Of a stretch of DNA of 64,000 nt, positions 61,338 through 64,000 are shown one piece after another. Each line of letters starts with the position of its first letter. Positions within the stretch are counted from its first letter, which is position 1. Under the pieces are notes generated by a model. It searched no databases. It saw nothing but the letters and a program-made list of their open reading frames with translations, and had not been told where the DNA came from. The translations under genes were made by a program, and so were the position numbers. The stretch comes from a virus. The stretch is from IMG/VR virus record IMGVR_UViG_3300045988_058602, positions 90,765 to 154,764 of that record. One strand, written 5' to 3'.

Positions 61338-61342
61338 ACAAG

Positions 61343-61552
61343 ATGGGAACAATTTATATTGACGGACAGTTTAAAAGCTCTGCTAAGCCTGTAAAAGTTG
61401 TTAGTGGTAGTGTAGGAGGGTCTGGAGTAGATCCTGATACTCTCAAGAACTATGCTACTAAAGCAGAACTTCAGAAAGCTGTTGAGGACTTAACTGCTTC
61501 CATAGAAGGAATAGATCATGATGTAGTTGAAGAAACTTTAATAATATAGTAA
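61343..61552 (+). CDS. small late protein (69 aa)
   Basis: The ORF-track fragment ends at TAG; the real stop is the TAA immediately after it. Confidence 0.4.
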
Positions 61553-61553
61553 T

Positions 61554-63374
61554 ATGGCAGCTATCAAATCTATAAAGGTAGGAGAAATTACATACGACTT
61601 AAAGGCTACTTATGATGGTTCTGGCAACAATATTGCCGAGACCTATGCTAAATCTAGTGCTATTCCGACTAAAGTATCATAGTTAAGTAATGATAAAAAC
61701 TACCTAACAGAACATTAGGACATTAGTGGTTTAGCAACTAAAGAATAGATAGACGAAAAAGTAGACAAGGAATTAGGAAAAGGTCTTTCCGAAGCTAATT
61801 ATACTGAATTAGAAAAATAGAAGCTTTAGGGTGTAGAAGATGGTGCAAATAATTATGAACACCCAACTACAGCCGGATACAAACATATTCCCTCTGGAGG
61901 AGCAGCAGGATAGATTTTAACTTATTCTAATGATGGTACTGCTCAATGGGCAGATTCTAGCACTAAGTTAGATTAGCAATTCTAGGCACTTAATGAGGCT
62001 TGGGAAGAACTTCAGAAAGCTTAGCAAAATTTAGATAGTTAGGTAACAGCTATGACTAGTAACGCAGATCTTTACTCCTATGGAGTAGAATGGGATATAA
62101 CTGTATCTTCTCCGGTTCTCACCAGAATTGGAAACCCGTTACTGCATAAATCACTTCCTATTCAGTCTGCTTATAGGGGATGCGTAGCCAATGGAGCTAA
62201 TATAAACTATTTCTTACATCCAGATAATTGGGCTTATAAGGAAGACGGTACTACTCCCTCTGTGCTTGATGGTAGTGAAGGAACTGTTAGGGTTAACACT
62301 CCTAAGTTCTATGGTAAGTCTGGTTCCAATGGAAATAAAAGATGGGTAAGAGAATCAACTGTTAAGATAGACGACTCTTGGGTTGAAATACCGGAATTGT
62401 TAATTGATGCATATAGAAGCACAGTTGATACTACAGTATCTGCAACTCCAAAGGCTGTATCAGTAGTTAATACTACTACAGCATTTAGAGGAGGTGGAAA
62501 TAGAGCATAGTTCGACGAGTACTTGACTACTGAGCTGGAGACTAAAGATATTTTCAGAAGCGACTTAGGAAAACCAAGAACGAATATTTCCAGAGCCACA
62601 ATGAGAACTTATGCTACAAACGCAGGTTCTGAATTACTATGTTACGAATATTACAAGTGGATATTCTACTGGAATTATGTAATAGAATATGCTAACTTTA
62701 ACTCTTAGGCTACATATGAGGCAGAGCTTACTGCTGATGGCTATCATTAGGGAGGTCTTGGGCCCGGAGTTACGGATTGGAGTAATTCTGACACAAGTTG
62801 GTCTGGATATAACGGAACTTATCCTCTTACTCCATGCGGTCACTGTAACGATATTGGTAATTTCACAGGAGTTAAAGATTTAGTTATCCCAGGATGCACT
62901 GCAACAGATGGAACTAGTACAGTGGCTACTCATACTTTTAAAGTACCTCGTTGGAGAGGCTTTGATAATCCATTTGGAGACATTTGGACAAACCTAGATG
63001 GAGTAGTTATTCAAAGAACTGCAGCGAATGAAATAAGTAGTGTATATACTACCACAGATAAAGCGGAGTTTACTGACGTAATTGGCAACAAGACTATAGC
63101 CGGATACGAGGTAGCACAAGATGGATACATTAAAGAGTTTGATTTAGGAGAGACAGCGGAGATTATACCATCTTCTTGTACTGGAGCTTCAATTACTACT
63201 TATATGTGTGACTACCACTATTGTAACGCTAGCTCTACAGCGCTTCGCACGCTGCGGGTGGGCGGCGGCGCGAATTATGGCGGCGGGGCGGGTCTCGGCT
63301 CTTTCGATTCTAGCAATGGCGTCGGCGGTGCCTTTTCCTATGTCGGGTTCAGGACTCTAAATAGAGTATCTTAA
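61554..63374 (+). CDS. tail fibre protein with a C-terminal FGE/C-type-lectin-like variable domain (606 aa), TAG-recoded; primary DGR target
   Basis: One frame joins the fragments 62052, 62523 and 62922. The tail-fibre motif SGGAAG(Q)ILTYSNDGTAQW is present, with the Q encoded by TAG. The C-terminus ...RTLRVGGGANYGGGAGLGSFDSSNGVGGAFSYVGFR is encoded by VR1. Confidence 0.65.
63242..63349 (+). repeat. DGR variable repeat 1 (VR1)
   Basis: GC-rich island ctgcgggtgggcggcggcgcgaattatggcggcggggcgggtctcggctctttcgattctagcaatggcgtcggcggtgccttttcctatgtcgggtt aligns to the TR; nearly every mismatch is at a TR adenine. Confidence 0.8.
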
Positions 63375-63444
63375 GATATAAAAATATAAAAAATCAGTTT
63401 AGATAATAAACTGTAGGATATTACTTCTAAAAACCGTTGATTGG

Positions 63445-63552
63445 CAAAAAAGAACTGCTAGTAGGCAGCAACGCGAATAATGGCAGCAATGCAGGTCTCA
63501 GCTATTTCAATTCTAACAATGACGTCAGCAATGCCAATTCCAATGTCGAGTT
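63445..63552 (+). repeat. DGR template repeat (TR)
   Basis: ctgctagtaggcagcaacgcgaataatggcagcaatgcaggtctcagctatttcaattctaacaatgacgtcagcaatgccaattccaatgtcgagtt is rich in AAT, AAC and AGC codons in the VR reading frame, and no TR codon can mutate to a stop by A-to-N change. Confidence 0.8.
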
Positions 63553-63749
63553 ATTATATATTTAGAAACAATTTTAATTTTTACCTTATTTAGTTTGCTA
63601 AGTAATATCCTTGCCTCTAGGCAAAAAATAACGTAGTGTTGAATGAAGGGTGTTAGTAGGTTATCTCGAACGCTTCCGATGAAATATATAAAAAATTGAA
63701 ACGTGTAGGACATTTGCACGAAAGGGTGTATGATTTATGGAACATCGAA

Positions 63750-64000
63750 ATGGCTGATGATAGAGCCAGAAAAAATAAATCTGTTCGATGTGGAATTAAG
63801 CAACATGATAAAAATAGATTAAAAGAAAATAAGGAATTATCCCACAAACTAAGGGACCTAATTTATCAGACGTCTGAATATAGTACTTTCATAATATATG
63901 AACCTAAGGGAAGATTAATCTTTAGACTTCCATACTATCCTGATAGAATAACTCATCATGCGATAATGAATATTATGGAGCCTATATGGACTAAAATATT
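63750..64000 (+). CDS. DGR reverse transcriptase, 5' partial (continues beyond the window)
   Basis: MADDRARKNKSVRCGIKQHDKNRL...GRLIFRLPYYPDRITHHAIMNIMEPIW has the RT domain-1 pattern P..DR..HHA....EP, and it starts about 200 bp downstream of the TR. Confidence 0.65.
   Translation, partial: MADDRARKNKSVRCGIKQHDKNRLKENKELSHKLRDLIYQTSEYSTFIIYEPKGRLIFRLPYYPDRITHHAIMNIMEPIWTKI

Noticed and set aside
49582-63374. Treating the ORF-track fragments (51903, 52386, 53136, 53550, 54542, 56196, 57257, 58882, 59607, 62052, 62523, 62922 and others) as separate small genes
   Set aside because: Consecutive fragments share one frame and are separated only by TAG; read through, they form full-length terminase, portal and fibre genes.
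63553-63749. An accessory variability determinant (avd) gene between the TR and the RT
   Set aside because: Only small opposite-strand ORFs overlapping the TR and the RT start are present. No small basic ORF in the correct orientation was found. A short hairpin, ttgcc-tcta-ggcaa at about 63610, is noted instead.
1-64000. CRISPR arrays, integrases or attachment sites
   Set aside because: There are no regularly spaced direct repeats and no tyrosine or serine recombinase-like ORF. The tRNAs are internal to the operons rather than at an insertion boundary.
1-64000. TGA or TAA recoding in addition to TAG
   Set aside because: Every reconstructed late gene terminates cleanly at TAA or TGA and no conserved motif is interrupted by them. 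Only the presence of a UUA-anticodon tRNA hints otherwise.

Overview
This 64-kb window is an AT-rich segment of a large tailed-phage genome; the OmpA and SPFH genes hint at a Bacteroidota-type host. Positions 1 to about 43.8 kb are a dense minus-strand early/middle module read in the standard genetic code. It carries about 28 tRNA genes, a tmRNA-like gene, an HNH and a GIY-YIG homing endonuclease, an NAD+ salvage pair (NAMPT-like plus Prs-like), RNase H, a radical SAM enzyme, a 2H phosphoesterase, two SPFH/flotillin-like proteins and an OmpA-like protein. From about 44.1 kb onward the plus-strand structural module (terminase, portal, tail fibres) can only be read if TAG is a sense codon, most likely Gln. 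The six-frame ORF track breaks this module into fragments at in-frame TAGs, and the real genes end at TAA or TGA. A Gln-type tRNA with anticodon CUA sits at 44696-44767, at the strand switch, and a second suppressor-like tRNA with anticodon UUA lies at 41.4 kb. At the right end there is a diversity-generating retroelement. A variable repeat (VR) lies at the 3' end of a recoded tail-fibre gene. An Asn-codon-rich template repeat (TR) follows about 95 bp downstream, differing from the VR almost only at TR adenines. A reverse-transcriptase gene starts at 63750 and runs off the window. A second, remote VR copy with the same adenine-specific mismatch pattern sits on the opposite strand at 34.7 kb, inside a small early gene. 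Outside the recoded genes, the GIY-YIG endonuclease gene in the tRNA cluster also carries six in-frame TAGs.
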